Source of the DNA: an uncultured Thermoleophilia bacterium
Lineage (GTDB): Bacteria; Actinomycetota; Thermoleophilia; UBA2241
Direction: 5' to 3'
NCBI GenBank assembly: GCA_963829205.1
Contig: CAWHHT010000005.1
Location: 774,187 to 838,186, forward strand
Length of the DNA: 64,000 bases
The translations under genes were made by a program, and so were the position numbers. The notes beneath the pieces are model-generated. The model made no database searches, was not told the DNA's origin, and saw only the letters and a list, made by a program, of their open reading frames with translations. This document shows, in pieces, positions 1 through 10,515 of this stretch; position 1 is the stretch's first letter; each line of letters opens with the position of its first letter.

Positions 1-1265
1 GCGATTGGGGCAAACGCTACCCGGGCGTCGGGGCCGGCTATGGGCGCTGCCTCGACGCTGCCACGGCGCTGCAGCTCACCGACGGCGAGGAAGTGAGCCT
101 CGTGGAGGCGGTCAAGCGCGGCCTCCTCGCCGCTCGCGCCGCGCACGTCGCCGGCTTCCGCATCGAGGCCGACCGCGACTTGACCGTCACGCCCTTCCCG
201 CTCGATGCGGTCGCGGGCGCGCTCCTGCGCGAAGCCGACGAGACCTTCGCGAGCGTCGTCTACCGGCCCGAGATCGGCGGCTCGATCCTCTCGCAGGCCT
301 ACGCCGGCGCGTCCCTCGCCGACGTCGCCGCCGACGTCGCCGTGTGGGGCGTCGAGAGCCTCCCGCACGGCATCCCGGTCGAGACCGTGGGGGCGTGGTC
401 GTCGGTGGACCGCGCCGAGATCGAGAACCTGCGCAGCGTCCGCAACATCCTCGACGAGTACGTGCAGCAGCAGAGCGGCGGCCACGTCACGGCGCCGCTC
501 TCGATCGCCGTCTTCGGCCCTCCCGGCGCCGGCAAGACGTTCGCGGTGCGGCAGATGGCCTCGACCCTGCGGCCAGGTCGCATGCGGCGCCTGGAGTTCG
601 ATCTCTCACAGCTTCGTTCCGACATCGATCTGCGCGCCGCGTTCCACGAGATCCGCGACGTGGCGCTCCAGGGCGACCTGGCGTTGGTGTTCTGGGACGA
701 GTTCGACAGCCCGCTCGGCGGTGAGCCCTTGGGCTGGCTGCGCCACTTCCTCACTCCGATGGCCGACGGGAGGTTCCGGGACGGCTCGGCCTTCCATCCG
801 CTCGGTCCCGCCATCTTCGTGTTCGCCGGCGGCACGTCCGTGAGCTTCGACGAGTTCATCGCCTCCGGCGACGAGGCGACCGCCCGGGCCGTCAAGAAGC
901 CGGACTTCGTCAGCCGCCTGCGGGGCTACGTCAACGTCACCGGCCCCAACCCGCACAGCGCCGGCGACGTCGCCTGGCCGCTCCGCCGGGCCCTGACGCT
1001 GCGTTCGCTGATCCAGACGCGCGCCCCGCAGCTGCTGCACGACGACCCGGCGACGGACCAGCCGCGTCTGCAGATCGACGCCGGGCTGCTGCGCGCGTTC
1101 CTGCGGATCGGCGAGTACATCCACGGCGCGCGCTCGATGGAGGCGATCGTCCAGATGAGCTCGCTGGCCGGGAAGCCGCGCTTCGAGCGCTCGAGCCTGC
1201 CGGCCACCCAGCAGCTCGCCATGCACGTGGACGCCGGCGAGTTCATGCGGCTCGTCGAGGGCTGA
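1..1265 (+). CDS. AAA+/P-loop ATPase (family often fused to RyR domains), 5' partial
   Basis: Walker A FGPPGAGKTF and Walker B LVFWDEFD. The frame is open back to the window start (DWGKRYPG...). Confidence 0.7.
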   Translation, partial: DWGKRYPGVGAGYGRCLDAATALQLTDGEEVSLVEAVKRGLLAARAAHVAGFRIEADRDLTVTPFPLDAVAGALLREADETFASVVYRPEIGGSILSQAYAGASLADVAADVAVWGVESLPHGIPVETVGAWSSVDRAEIENLRSVRNILDEYVQQQSGGHVTAPLSIAVFGPPGAGKTFAVRQMASTLRPGRMRRLEFDLSQLRSDIDLRAAFHEIRDVALQGDLALVFWDEFDSPLGGEPLGWLRHFLTPMADGRFRDGSAFHPLGPAIFVFAGGTSVSFDEFIASGDEATARAVKKPDFVSRLRGYVNVTGPNPHSAGDVAWPLRRALTLRSLIQTRAPQLLHDDPATDQPRLQIDAGLLRAFLRIGEYIHGARSMEAIVQMSSLAGKPRFERSSLPATQQLAMHVDAGEFMRLVEG

Positions 1266-1339
1266 GCGGCGGGCCGACGGCGGGCCGCCGAGTTCCCCGT
1301 CGCCGCCCCGCCGCGGAGCGCCACTCCGCCGCCCAAGCG

Positions 1340-2783
1340 TCAGCTCGAGCGGCGGTCGTCCACCCGGTGACAGGCCGTCTTGCCCTGGCCGCTGGTCATG
1401 CGCGGCAGCGAGAACGGCGCGTGCAGCTCGATCTTGGGGGTGACGCCGACCGACGACTTGACGCCGGCCACCACGCGCCGCGCGAACTTCTCGCGTTCTT
1501 CTCCGGTCATCTGGACGAGGTCGCGGACCTCGACCTGGAGCGTGAGCCTGTCGAGATTGTTGACGATGTCGACGACCATGCAGAAGTTGCTGCCGAACTC
1601 GGGGAGCCGCACGAGGACTTCCTCGATCTGGCTCGGGAAGACGACGAGGCCGCCGATCGACAGGGCGTCGTCGCTGCGGCCGGTGATGCGGCCTATCTTG
1701 GGGTGTGTGCGGCCGCAGGCGCAGGGCTCCCAGCTCAGCGAACTGATGTCGTGACTGCGGTAGCGGATCATCACCATCGAGTCGCTGGTGAGCGACGTCC
1801 AGACGAGCTCGCCCGGAGCGCCGTCGGCCACGGGCTCGCAGGTCTCCGGGTCGATGCACTCCACCAGCAGATGGTCTGACCACACATGCATCCCCTGCTT
1901 GACCGGGCACTCGCACGCCATGCCCGGTCCCAGGAACTCGCCCATGCCGTACTCGTTGAAGGCGTCGACGCCGAGGGCCGCGGTGAGCCGGTCGCGGCCG
2001 CTCTCCGGCCAGGGCTCGGCGCCGAAGAGGCCGATGCGCAGCTTGGAGTCGCGCGCGAGGTCGATGCCGCGCTCCAGGGCCTTGTCGGCGAGGTACAGGC
2101 CGTAAGACGGCGTCGTGCACAGGGCCGTCACGCCGAGATCCATGATCAGGTCGACGAGCAGGTCCTGGCGGCCGATGCCGGCCGGCACCACACCGATGCC
2201 GGCGTGCTGCGCGCCGTACTGGAGGCCGATGCTCGTCGGCAGGCCGTAGCCGAAGCAGTTCTGCAACAGGTCCCCGGGACGCAGACCGATCATCCACATG
2301 GAGCGCGCGTTGCGCTGGGCCCATGCCTCCATGTCGTGCCTAGTCACCCAGATGGGCGTGGGCTTGCCGGTGGTGCCGGAGGTGCTGTGCACCTCGATGA
2401 TGGCGTCGAGGCCGCAGGTGCGCAGGCCGTCCGGATAGGTGTCGCGCAGCGTCGTCTTGTCGAGGAACGGGAGGCGGCGCACGTCGTCGAGCGACCTGAT
2501 GGCGGCCGGCTCGACGCCGGCCGCGCGGCACATCTCCTTGTAGACGGGGCTGCACTCGTGGGCGGCCGCGACCACGTGCTGGAGACGCTCGAGCTGGAGC
2601 GCCCGCAGGGCGCCGTGGTCGAGCGTCTCGAGCTCCGGCTGGAAGCAGACCCGGTCAGCGCTGCCCTCAGCGGCAGCGCCCGCGGTGGCGCCAACGGTGT
2701 CGCCGCGAGCGGCACCGTATTCGGTGCCGAATTCAGTGCATGTATTCGGTACCGTTTTCGGTGCCGCCTGAATCGGTCCTCAT
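1340..2783 (-). CDS. paaK: Phenylacetate-CoA ligase (probable frameshift near 2740)
   Basis: Motifs HSTSGTTGKP, NEYGMGE and GRSDD. The frame of ORF 1340-2575 extends upstream to CFQPELETLD. The ATG at 2783 has a GGAGGGG RBS but needs one frameshift to join. Confidence 0.85.
2710..2770. repeat. Degenerate 12-bp tandem repeat (consensus GAATTCGGTGCC), copy 1
   Basis: Units gtattcggtgcc, gaattcagtgca, gtattcggtacc and gttttcggtgcc. Confidence 0.7.
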
Positions 2784-2814
2784 GGGTGCTCCCCTCCCGC
2801 AACCTGAGAGGCCA

Positions 2815-3418
2815 TCACGCCCCCACCTCCCTGCCGGCCGCGAACGCGGCCAGGTTCATCTCGAGGAAGCTCGCCGGCACGTTGGCGGCGATCGCCTTCT
2901 CCCAGGTCCCGGCCGTGAACGGCAGGTGCTTGGAGAGCGCCCCCACCAGCACGACGCCCGCGACTTTGACGCTGCCGACCTGCTCGCCCACGGCGTTGCC
3001 GTCGACGGGGATCACGCGGCAGTGCCCCCGCCTCATCTGGTCCACGGCGTCGAAGGGGTAGGTGTGCTCACCCTGTGAGGCGAGCGGAGGCACGATCTGC
3101 TGCAGATTGACGATGGCGATGCCGCCCGGCACCACCGATGGCGCCAGGCGCAGCCCCTCGGCCGACTCGAAGGCGAGCAGGTAGTCGACCTCGCCGGGGC
3201 TGATGCTCGGCGCGATCACGCTCTCGCCGATGCGGATGTGCGAGCTCACGCTGCCCCCGCGCTGGCTCATGCCGCGGGTCTCGCTCAGCTTGACGTCGAG
3301 GCCGCCGAGCAGCGCCGTGTCGGCGATGATGGCGGCGGCCATGATCACGCCCTGGCCGCCGACGCCGACGACCATGACGTCGTCGACCCAGCCGTCGGCG
3401 TAGTGAGTGCGGAGTCAT
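2815..3418 (-). CDS. iorB: Indolepyruvate:ferredoxin oxidoreductase beta subunit
   Basis: Motifs VGVGGQG and GMSQRGGSVSSH. ORF 2815-3375; the likely true start overlaps the iorA stop (ATGA) and needs a frameshift. Confidence 0.85.
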
Positions 3419-5316
3419 GCTTCACCCGACCTGGTCGCAGCCAGGGGCGCGATGGCGCCCGGCTTGCAGAGCTGCGAGCAGAGCGAGCAGCCGGTGCATG
3501 TCTCGACGTCGATCGCCACCTTGTGGCGGTTCTTGAGCGTCACTTCGGTGTGGCTCAGCGACGGGCAGCCCAGCTTCATGCACTGCTGGCAGGCGTTGCA
3601 GAGCTCCTCGTCGACCGTGTAGGCATCGCCGCGGACCTTGCGCGGGAACAGCATGCAGGGCCGGTTGGTGATGAGCACGGCCGGGCCGTCGAAGGCGAGC
3701 CCGGCCTTGAGGGCGTCGAGGCAGGCCTGGTAGTCGTAGGGGTCGACGGTCTCGACGTACTCGACCCCGAGCGCCCGGCAGATGGCGGCGATGTCGACCG
3801 GCTTGGTCTCCACCCCGGCGAGCGTCTTCTCGTTGCCCGGGTTGGTCTGGCCGCCGGTCATCGCCGTGATGCTGTTGTCCTGGATCAGCACTGTGACGTT
3901 GGTGCGCTGGTGCACGGCGTTGAGCAGCCCGGTGAGGCCGGAGTGCAGGAAGGTGGAGTCGCCGATCACGGCGATCGAGCCGGTCTCGCTGCCGCCGGCG
4001 CGCTTGAAGCCTTGTTCCATCGGGATGCTGGCGCCCATCTCCACGGCGGAGTGCATGTGACTCACCGGCGGCAGCGTGGTGAGGTCGTAGCAGCCGATGT
4101 CGCCGTGCACGTCGAGGTCGAGCTTCTTCATGGCGGTGGCCATGCCGCGGTGCGGGCAGCCGGTGCACAGGACGGGCGGCCGCGGGATGACGTCGAGGTC
4201 CTCCGCGGCCTTCTCGTCCGCCCAGCGCGCCAGGTCGAGACCGGCCTCGTAGAAGCCCCGGCCGACTCTCACCGGCGTGAGCTCGCCCCACTGCGGGAAC
4301 CAGCGCTTGCCCTCGCAGGCGATGCCGGCGGCGAGCAGCTGCTCCTCGAGGTACGGCTCGAGCTCCTCGACCACGAACAGCCGGTCGACGGTGGCGGCGA
4401 AGCGGCGGACGGCCTCGACGGGCAGCGGGTGGATCATGCCGAGCTTGAGGAACGACGCCCCCGGCAGCGCCTCCTTGGCGGAGATGTACGCCGCGCCGGC
4501 GCTGACGACGCCGACGCGCGCCGTGCCGCCGTCGCGCAGCGGGACACGGCCTGCGCCGGGACCGGCGCCCGAGCCCGCGCCCGAAAGCGCGTCTGAGCCG
4601 GCGCCGGGCTCCACGAACGCGAGCACGCCTTCTTCGGCGCTCCGCTCGGAGAACTCGCGCAGGCGCTCGAAGCGCTCCAGCAGGCTGCGGTGCAGCGGGC
4701 GCGAGAAGCGCGGCAGCAGGCAGTACTTCTCGGTCTTGCGGTCCGGCGGCTTGCGCTCCGGCGCCGGGCGGCCCGCTTCGGCGCCGCTCATCGTCTCGTC
4801 GAGCCGCACGATCGACTTCTGGTGCGCCACCTGGATGCTCAGGCGGACCATCACCGGCACGTCAAAGTCCTCGCTCAGGTCGAAGGCGAGCTTGACGTAC
4901 TCGTAGCACTCCTGGCTGTCGGCGGGTTCGAGCATCGGCATGCTGCTGATGCGCCCGAAGTAGCGGTCGTCCTGTTCGGTCATGCCGCTCGCCATGCCGG
5001 GGTCGCCGGCGAGGCACACGACGAGGCCGCCGTTGATACCGGTGTAGACCGAGCTGATCAGCGGGTCGGCCGCCACACTGGCGCCCGCGCTCTTCATCGC
5101 CGTCAGCGCGCGGGCGCCGCCCATGGCGGCCCCGAACGCCACCTCGTAGGCGACCTTCTCGTTGGTGGACCACTCCGCGTAGACGCCGTCGTATCCGGCG
5201 AGGTTGGTGACGATCTCCGTGCTGGGCGTGCCGGGGTAGGCGGCCGCGACCTGCACGCCGGCCTCCCAGGCGCCTCGGGCGATCGCTTCGTTTCCGAGCA
5301 TCAGGACTCTGTCCAT
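3415..5316 (-). CDS. iorA: Indolepyruvate:ferredoxin oxidoreductase alpha subunit
   Basis: Motifs LGNEAIARGA, YPGTPSTE, CTGCPHR, GDIGCY and GDSTF, plus two C-terminal 4Fe-4S motifs. GGAGGAG RBS. Confidence 0.92.
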   Translation of the reverse strand: MDRVLMLGNEAIARGAWEAGVQVAAAYPGTPSTEIVTNLAGYDGVYAEWSTNEKVAYEVAFGAAMGGARALTAMKSAGASVAADPLISSVYTGINGGLVVCLAGDPGMASGMTEQDDRYFGRISSMPMLEPADSQECYEYVKLAFDLSEDFDVPVMVRLSIQVAHQKSIVRLDETMSGAEAGRPAPERKPPDRKTEKYCLLPRFSRPLHRSLLERFERLREFSERSAEEGVLAFVEPGAGSDALSGAGSGAGPGAGRVPLRDGGTARVGVVSAGAAYISAKEALPGASFLKLGMIHPLPVEAVRRFAATVDRLFVVEELEPYLEEQLLAAGIACEGKRWFPQWGELTPVRVGRGFYEAGLDLARWADEKAAEDLDVIPRPPVLCTGCPHRGMATAMKKLDLDVHGDIGCYDLTTLPPVSHMHSAVEMGASIPMEQGFKRAGGSETGSIAVIGDSTFLHSGLTGLLNAVHQRTNVTVLIQDNSITAMTGGQTNPGNEKTLAGVETKPVDIAAICRALGVEYVETVDPYDYQACLDALKAGLAFDGPAVLITNRPCMLFPRKVRGDAYTVDEELCNACQQCMKLGCPSLSHTEVTLKNRHKVAIDVETCTGCSLCSQLCKPGAIAPLAATRSGEA

Positions 5317-5481
5317 GCGGCTCCTCCGCCAGTAGAGCAAGGTGACTCACGATACGCAGGCGGCGCGAGCACGTGCAAGCTGGCCCGCCCGGAGTCTCGG
5401 GACATGGACGGATGCGGGGTGATTCCGGGGCCCGGGGGCGCGGGTAGACTGTGCGCGGGCGCGGCGCCACGAGGAGGCGGG

Positions 5482-6474
5482 ATGAGCTGGCTGAGCAAGG
5501 CGATCGACGCGGGCGGAGAGAACCGCAACCCGCTGGACGACATCGAGGACGCGCTGTTCCTCACCTCCGGCGCGCGGCGCGCCAAGACGTCGCAGTTCTG
5601 GACGCTGCTCGTGCTCGCGAGCATCATCGCGGCGGGCGGAGTCGTGAGCAATTCGACGCCCGCGGTGATCGGCGCCATGATCGTGGCGCCTCTGGCGACG
5701 CCGATCTACGGCGTGGCGCTGGCCACCGTCACCGGGTCGCGCCGCGACCTCCTGGCGTCCCTCGGGCTTCTCGTCGCCGGCATCGCCCTGAACATCTTCC
5801 TCGGGTACCTCGTGGGCCTGGTCACCATCAGCCGCATACCCGTGGACGTGAACCCGCAGATCACCGGCCGTACGGCCCCGACACTCCTCGACCTCGGGAT
5901 CGCGATCACGGTCGGCGTCGCGGGCTCGTTCGCTCTCGTGCGTCGCGACGTCTCCAACATCCTCGCCGGAGTGGCGATCGCCATCTCGCTGGTGCCTGTG
6001 CTGGCCGTGGTCGGCATCCTGCTGGGCTCAGGGAATCTCGACCTGGCCTGGGGCGCCTTCGTCCTCTTCCTGGTCAACGCGGCGGCCATCATCGTGGCCG
6101 GAGTCGTCGTGTTCACCGCCGCCGGCTACGAACGCATGGCCCGGGAGCGCGGGCGGCACCCCGGACGCCGCGCCAAGATCCTGATCGCGCTTCTGGTGAT
6201 CGCGCTGGTGATCCCGCTGGGCTTCGAATCGCTCCGGACCCTGCGCTACGAGCAGTGGGTCGGCGCCACCGACACCGCAGCCGAACAGTGGGTGCAGGGC
6301 ACAGGCTGGCATGTCGAGAGCGTGCAGCAGGTCGGCGGCAGCATCGTCATCGCGACGTCCGGACCGGGCGCGCCGCCACCGGTCGGCAGTCTCAGGGCAG
6401 CCATCCGCGGCAAGGTGCCGCGGAACGTGGTCGTGAAGATGGTCGAGAGCAGCGGGAGGACCGTCCAGCTCTAG
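5482..6474 (+). CDS. DUF389 family membrane protein
   Basis: Motifs VIGAMIVAPL and GVAIAISLVP; many TM segments; GAGGAGG RBS. Confidence 0.8.
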   Translation: MSWLSKAIDAGGENRNPLDDIEDALFLTSGARRAKTSQFWTLLVLASIIAAGGVVSNSTPAVIGAMIVAPLATPIYGVALATVTGSRRDLLASLGLLVAGIALNIFLGYLVGLVTISRIPVDVNPQITGRTAPTLLDLGIAITVGVAGSFALVRRDVSNILAGVAIAISLVPVLAVVGILLGSGNLDLAWGAFVLFLVNAAAIIVAGVVVFTAAGYERMARERGRHPGRRAKILIALLVIALVIPLGFESLRTLRYEQWVGATDTAAEQWVQGTGWHVESVQQVGGSIVIATSGPGAPPPVGSLRAAIRGKVPRNVVVKMVESSGRTVQL

Positions 6475-6504
6475 CGGCGTTGGGACCCGCACGCCGCGGC
6501 GACC

Positions 6505-7161
6505 TCAGATCCCCGCCGCGACCACCACGATCCAGAGCATCACCAGCACGAGGAAGATGCGCTGCAGCAGGCCGGCGTAGCGACCGAGGGCCTGCGCGAA
6601 GGCGGGTCGCGCGGCGCCCGCGGCCTGCGCGTTGCGCCCCTTGCGCGCGTCCCGCGCCGCCGCCGCGAAACCGGCGAACTGCGCCAGCAGGGCGATCGCC
6701 GCCAGCACGGTCAGCACGAGCGCGACGCGCGCCAGGCCGGACGTCGAGTGCGCGAGCGTCAGGCCCCACGAGATCAGCGCCATACCTGCGACTGCCGAGA
6801 CGTACGCGAGCAGCGCGACGAGGATGTGGGCGGCGCCGTTGCGCGTGGGCTTCTGGCCGGGCATGTCCGTGTCGTAGCAGGCAAGCAGGGCCGAGCCTCC
6901 TCCCCACAAGGCGAAGAAGACGAGCCCGGCGGGAGAGCGTGCGACCGCGGGCGCGTTTGCGGCTACGGCCGCGACGAGCGCCAGCGCCGTGAGGCCGCGG
7001 ACCACGAAGGCGGCCTTCATCAGCGACCCGTAGCGCCCCGTGGCCAGCCCGCTCATGCCCATGCTGAGCGCGCTCTGCTTGGGCGTGAGCACCTGCACCA
7101 CGACGACAAGCGCCGCCCAGAGGACGGCGCCGGCGATGGCCAGGACGGAGAGGACGGGCAT
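6505..7161 (-). CDS. DUF998-like membrane protein
   Basis: About 5-6 hydrophobic segments and a GLLQR motif near the C-terminus. Confidence 0.65.
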   Translation of the reverse strand: MPVLSVLAIAGAVLWAALVVVVQVLTPKQSALSMGMSGLATGRYGSLMKAAFVVRGLTALALVAAVAANAPAVARSPAGLVFFALWGGGSALLACYDTDMPGQKPTRNGAAHILVALLAYVSAVAGMALISWGLTLAHSTSGLARVALVLTVLAAIALLAQFAGFAAAARDARKGRNAQAAGAARPAFAQALGRYAGLLQRIFLVLVMLWIVVVAAGI

Positions 7162-7204
7162 GCACCCACCCTACAGGAGCGCGCGGCTCCGCGCTGGCGC
7201 CGAG

Positions 7205-7891
7205 CTACCCGGGACCGGAGCCGCCGCCGAACTCCGGGCGGAAGTCCTGCAGCGTGAGCTCGTGCCCGGGCGGCGCCACGACGAAGTCGTCGCCCCAGCC
7301 GCCCTCGACGAGGGCGTCGACGATGCGCGTGGTCCCGGCCACGTCCTCGACCTCGAGGTCGAAGCGCCGCGCGAACTCGTTGACGCGCTCGCGATACGGG
7401 GTCATGTCGTGGCGCCCCGTGTCGATCAGCACGAGGCGTGTGTAGTGCTTCAGCATGAGCCGCATCATCTTCTCGGCGCGCTCGGCCCCGCGCCGCTCCA
7501 CGAGCGCGGTGTGCTCGCTGAGGATCGTGTCGCACTCCTCGATGTACGACTTGGCGAGGTAGTACGTGCCGCAGGCCTGCTGGGCCTGCTCGGCGAACGC
7601 CGCGTTGGAGCCCAGCAGCATGGCGATGCAGTCGTCGACCTTGGGCACGACCAGCGTCGCGTGCTCCGTCTTGAGGCCGAGGACGGCGTTGGAGCAGAGC
7701 CCGTAGCCGAGCACGATCGTGGCGCCGGGCCTGTCGGCCTCGGCCACGGCTTCTCGCAGAGCCGTCTTGAGGCGCTCGGGGCTGATGTGCAGCTGGGCGT
7801 CGAGGGTGGCGCAGTCGACCTTGCCGGCAGCGCCTTCGGCGAGCTCTCCGAGCACGGCCGGGCAGGCGATGAGCAGGATGTCGTCGCTCAT
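7205..7891 (-). CDS. DUF1638 domain protein
   Basis: MSDDILLIAC start; motifs LHISP, LGYGLCSN and DDCIAMLLGS. This family is typical of corrinoid methyltransferase clusters. Confidence 0.8.
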   Translation of the reverse strand: MSDDILLIACPAVLGELAEGAAGKVDCATLDAQLHISPERLKTALREAVAEADRPGATIVLGYGLCSNAVLGLKTEHATLVVPKVDDCIAMLLGSNAAFAEQAQQACGTYYLAKSYIEECDTILSEHTALVERRGAERAEKMMRLMLKHYTRLVLIDTGRHDMTPYRERVNEFARRFDLEVEDVAGTTRIVDALVEGGWGDDFVVAPPGHELTLQDFRPEFGGGSGPG

Positions 7892-9030
7892 CGCCCGCCC
7901 GCGTCTTCCGCGTCCGCTGTGCCGCCGGGTGACTCGGCGGCCGCGCCCCGCACCTCCCGCACCAGCGGCCAGAAGCCGAACGCGCCGCAGAACGCGACGA
8001 TCACCGGGAAGGTCACGCCGAGCATCGCGGTCGCGATCCAGAGCTCGCGAGCGTAGCTCGGCGGACCGGCCTGCATGCTCGGGTCGACGAGATGAGCGGC
8101 CGCCCCGTACAGGACCTGGACGGCGGCGGCCGCCACGACCACCGCCGCGGTCATCGCCAGCCCTCTGAGCGGCTGCCTGAGCCGGCCGAACCCGAAACCC
8201 TGGAACAGCGTGAGCACGATGAAGACGCCAAAGATGAGCGACACGGGCACGCGCACCAGGTACGCGACCGGGTCCATGCCGGCGAGGCCGACCGGGATAC
8301 CCCACACGATCAGGGTCACAAGCAGCACAACGGCGGCGCCAAGCAGGCCGAAGACCGGCTCCCTGCCCGCCGCCGGTCGCCGGGCGGCGAGAGCGTTCAG
8401 CGGCCAGAGGTCGAAAAGCAGGAAGCACACCAGCACGGCCGCGATGGTCACCACGAACGCGGCCGCCGGCCACGCCGCGAAGAGGCCTTTAGGGTCGAGG
8501 CGCTCGAAGTAGACCGGCGCGCCCTTGAGAAAGCCGAAGTCGAAGAAGATGCGGAAGACGACCCACGTGAGGACGTAGGCAAGCACGAGCGTCCCCAGCG
8601 CGATCGCGCCCTTGCGTTTGGTCACCGCCGTGAGCGGCCAGCAGCGGAACAGGATCACGAGCGCCAGCGTCACCGGGACGGTCTGCACGGCGAAGAGGAC
8701 GGCGAACGGATCCGGCGGCGTCGCGCCGCCGCCGATGAGCGCCAAAACGAGCGGCGAGACGACGGCGCTGACGAGCGCCGCAATGCCGACGAAGAGCAGA
8801 CCTCGGACCGGTCGCGAGACCCGTGTGAGGGCGGCGGGGAACTCGAGGCGCAGACCGAGGTCCAGGACCACCATCGCGGGCACCGCGTTGGTGAACAGGA
8901 GCGCGATCCAGGTCCTCAGCGTCGCCGGCGCGAACGAGGCGCACAAGCCCAACGAGAGAGCGACGGTGATGACCAAGGCTCCGGCCCCGCGAAGTGGCTG
9001 CCGGAGCCCCGCCTGCCGCGCCTCGGTCAA
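7888..9030 (-). CDS. Polytopic membrane protein, putative transporter
   Basis: About 10 TM segments with repeated WP motifs; translationally coupled to the DUF1638 gene. Confidence 0.65.
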   Translation of the reverse strand: MTEARQAGLRQPLRGAGALVITVALSLGLCASFAPATLRTWIALLFTNAVPAMVVLDLGLRLEFPAALTRVSRPVRGLLFVGIAALVSAVVSPLVLALIGGGATPPDPFAVLFAVQTVPVTLALVILFRCWPLTAVTKRKGAIALGTLVLAYVLTWVVFRIFFDFGFLKGAPVYFERLDPKGLFAAWPAAAFVVTIAAVLVCFLLFDLWPLNALAARRPAAGREPVFGLLGAAVVLLVTLIVWGIPVGLAGMDPVAYLVRVPVSLIFGVFIVLTLFQGFGFGRLRQPLRGLAMTAAVVVAAAAVQVLYGAAAHLVDPSMQAGPPSYARELWIATAMLGVTFPVIVAFCGAFGFWPLVREVRGAAAESPGGTADAEDAGGR

Positions 9031-9074
9031 GTGCGCCTCCCGTGTCGTGTTGGATCGGCCATGCGCAGATCCGA

Positions 9075-9154
9075 CGCCGCGGGCGGCCGGGACTCCCGGC
9101 CGCCCGCGGCGCTCGTGATGCGGCGGGCGGCGGGGCCGCGGCCCCGCCGCCCGC
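9075..9154. terminator. Two adjacent perfect GC-rich inverted repeats
   Basis: cgccgcgggcggccggga-c-tcccggccgcccgcggcg at 9075-9111 and a 32-bp palindrome at 9123-9154. Confidence 0.55.
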
Positions 9155-9169
9155 GACGACGGCGTTGCG

Positions 9170-10513
9170 TCACACGTCTGCGCCGTACTTGCGGCCGGCG
9201 TCGATGAAGGCTTTGTACGCCGCCGGGTCGGCCTCGTCCAGCACGACGCCGGAGCTGAGCACGAAGCCCCCGTCCGTCGCCGTCTTGCCGATCAGGTCCT
9301 TCACGTAGGCGTCCATCTGCTCCGGCGTGCCCATCGTGAACAGCGCGGCGGGCACGTTGCCGCCGATGCACTGGCGCTTGCCGACGGTGGCCTTGGCGCG
9401 CGCCATGTCGGTGTCGTCGAACATCCAGACCATGCGGCCGGCGGGGATCTCCTCGTCGGCGATGACCTCGAGGCGCTCGTTGTAGGCGCCCTCGGCGAAG
9501 ACCCAGGGCACGAGACCTTGGTCTATCAGGCCGAGCAGTACTGCCTTGAAGCTCGGCCAGTAGAGCTCCCTGTAGTCCGCGTCGCTCATGAAGCCGTCGG
9601 CGCCCTTGTGGATCGGGATGAACACCAGTGGGTTGCCGGTCTGGTCGTTGGAACGCACCGCCCAGTCGACGGCCTGCGGCACGAGCCGGTCCATGGCGGC
9701 CTTGATCTTGTCCGGCTGGCGGAACTTGTCGAGCATCAGCCCGCGGGTGCCGCGCATGGTGTCGCCGAGGATGTCGTAGGGCGCCTTGGTGGCAGCGCCG
9801 GACATCTGCGGGATGCCGAGCGTGGCCATGATCCTGCCGTCGATGGCCATGAACGCCTGCAGCCATTCCATGGCGGCGTCGCCCGCGTCCATGATCTTCT
9901 GCAGCATCTCCTTCACCGGCGGCGCCGAGAAGGCCGCGAAGAACGGCGCCGTGAACGGGATCTCACAGAGGTCTGTGAACGGCGGCAGCATGCTCCAGGG
10001 CTCCATCGCGCCGAACATGCGCGGCAGGTAGTAGCGCAGCCAGTAGTTGGTGGGATCCTGGATGAGGAGGTCGTACTCGTCCGCCTTCATCCACTCCTTC
10101 TCGTTGTACTGATAGCTCGTGTCCTCTTCGGTGCCATGGCCGGGCCAGTCGTACATCTTGTAGTCGAGGACGTCGAAGAGCTTCCCCGGCACCATGCCGA
10201 GGGTGAGGCCGATGCCGTCGGGCCGGAAGTCGTCGTGGAACTTGAACCAGGCCTCGTCGAGCTTCTTGTAGTCGTAGTAGGCGTCGTGACCGGTGTACCC
10301 GCTGTAGCGCAGCGGCAGGAGGCCGATCCACGGGGCGATCGGCACGATGGAAGGCTTCTTCAAGGCGATGGCGTCGCGATAGAGCTGCACGCGGTCACGG
10401 TAGGTCCGCGCGACCTCGGGGGAGGCGAACTCGATGGGCACGTTCTGCCAGGCGTCCAGGCGTTTCGTCAGGCGCTCGTCCGCGGTGAGCTTGTCCCAGT
10501 CCTCAGTGAACAT
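9170..10513 (-). CDS. Uroporphyrinogen decarboxylase family protein (MtaA/CmuA-like methyltransferase)
   Basis: URO-D C-terminal signature (CIGGNVP, GTPE, GGFVLSSG); adjacent to a corrinoid protein. Confidence 0.8.
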   Translation of the reverse strand: MFTEDWDKLTADERLTKRLDAWQNVPIEFASPEVARTYRDRVQLYRDAIALKKPSIVPIAPWIGLLPLRYSGYTGHDAYYDYKKLDEAWFKFHDDFRPDGIGLTLGMVPGKLFDVLDYKMYDWPGHGTEEDTSYQYNEKEWMKADEYDLLIQDPTNYWLRYYLPRMFGAMEPWSMLPPFTDLCEIPFTAPFFAAFSAPPVKEMLQKIMDAGDAAMEWLQAFMAIDGRIMATLGIPQMSGAATKAPYDILGDTMRGTRGLMLDKFRQPDKIKAAMDRLVPQAVDWAVRSNDQTGNPLVFIPIHKGADGFMSDADYRELYWPSFKAVLLGLIDQGLVPWVFAEGAYNERLEVIADEEIPAGRMVWMFDDTDMARAKATVGKRQCIGGNVPAALFTMGTPEQMDAYVKDLIGKTATDGGFVLSSGVVLDEADPAAYKAFIDAGRKYGADV

Positions 10514-10515
10514 CC

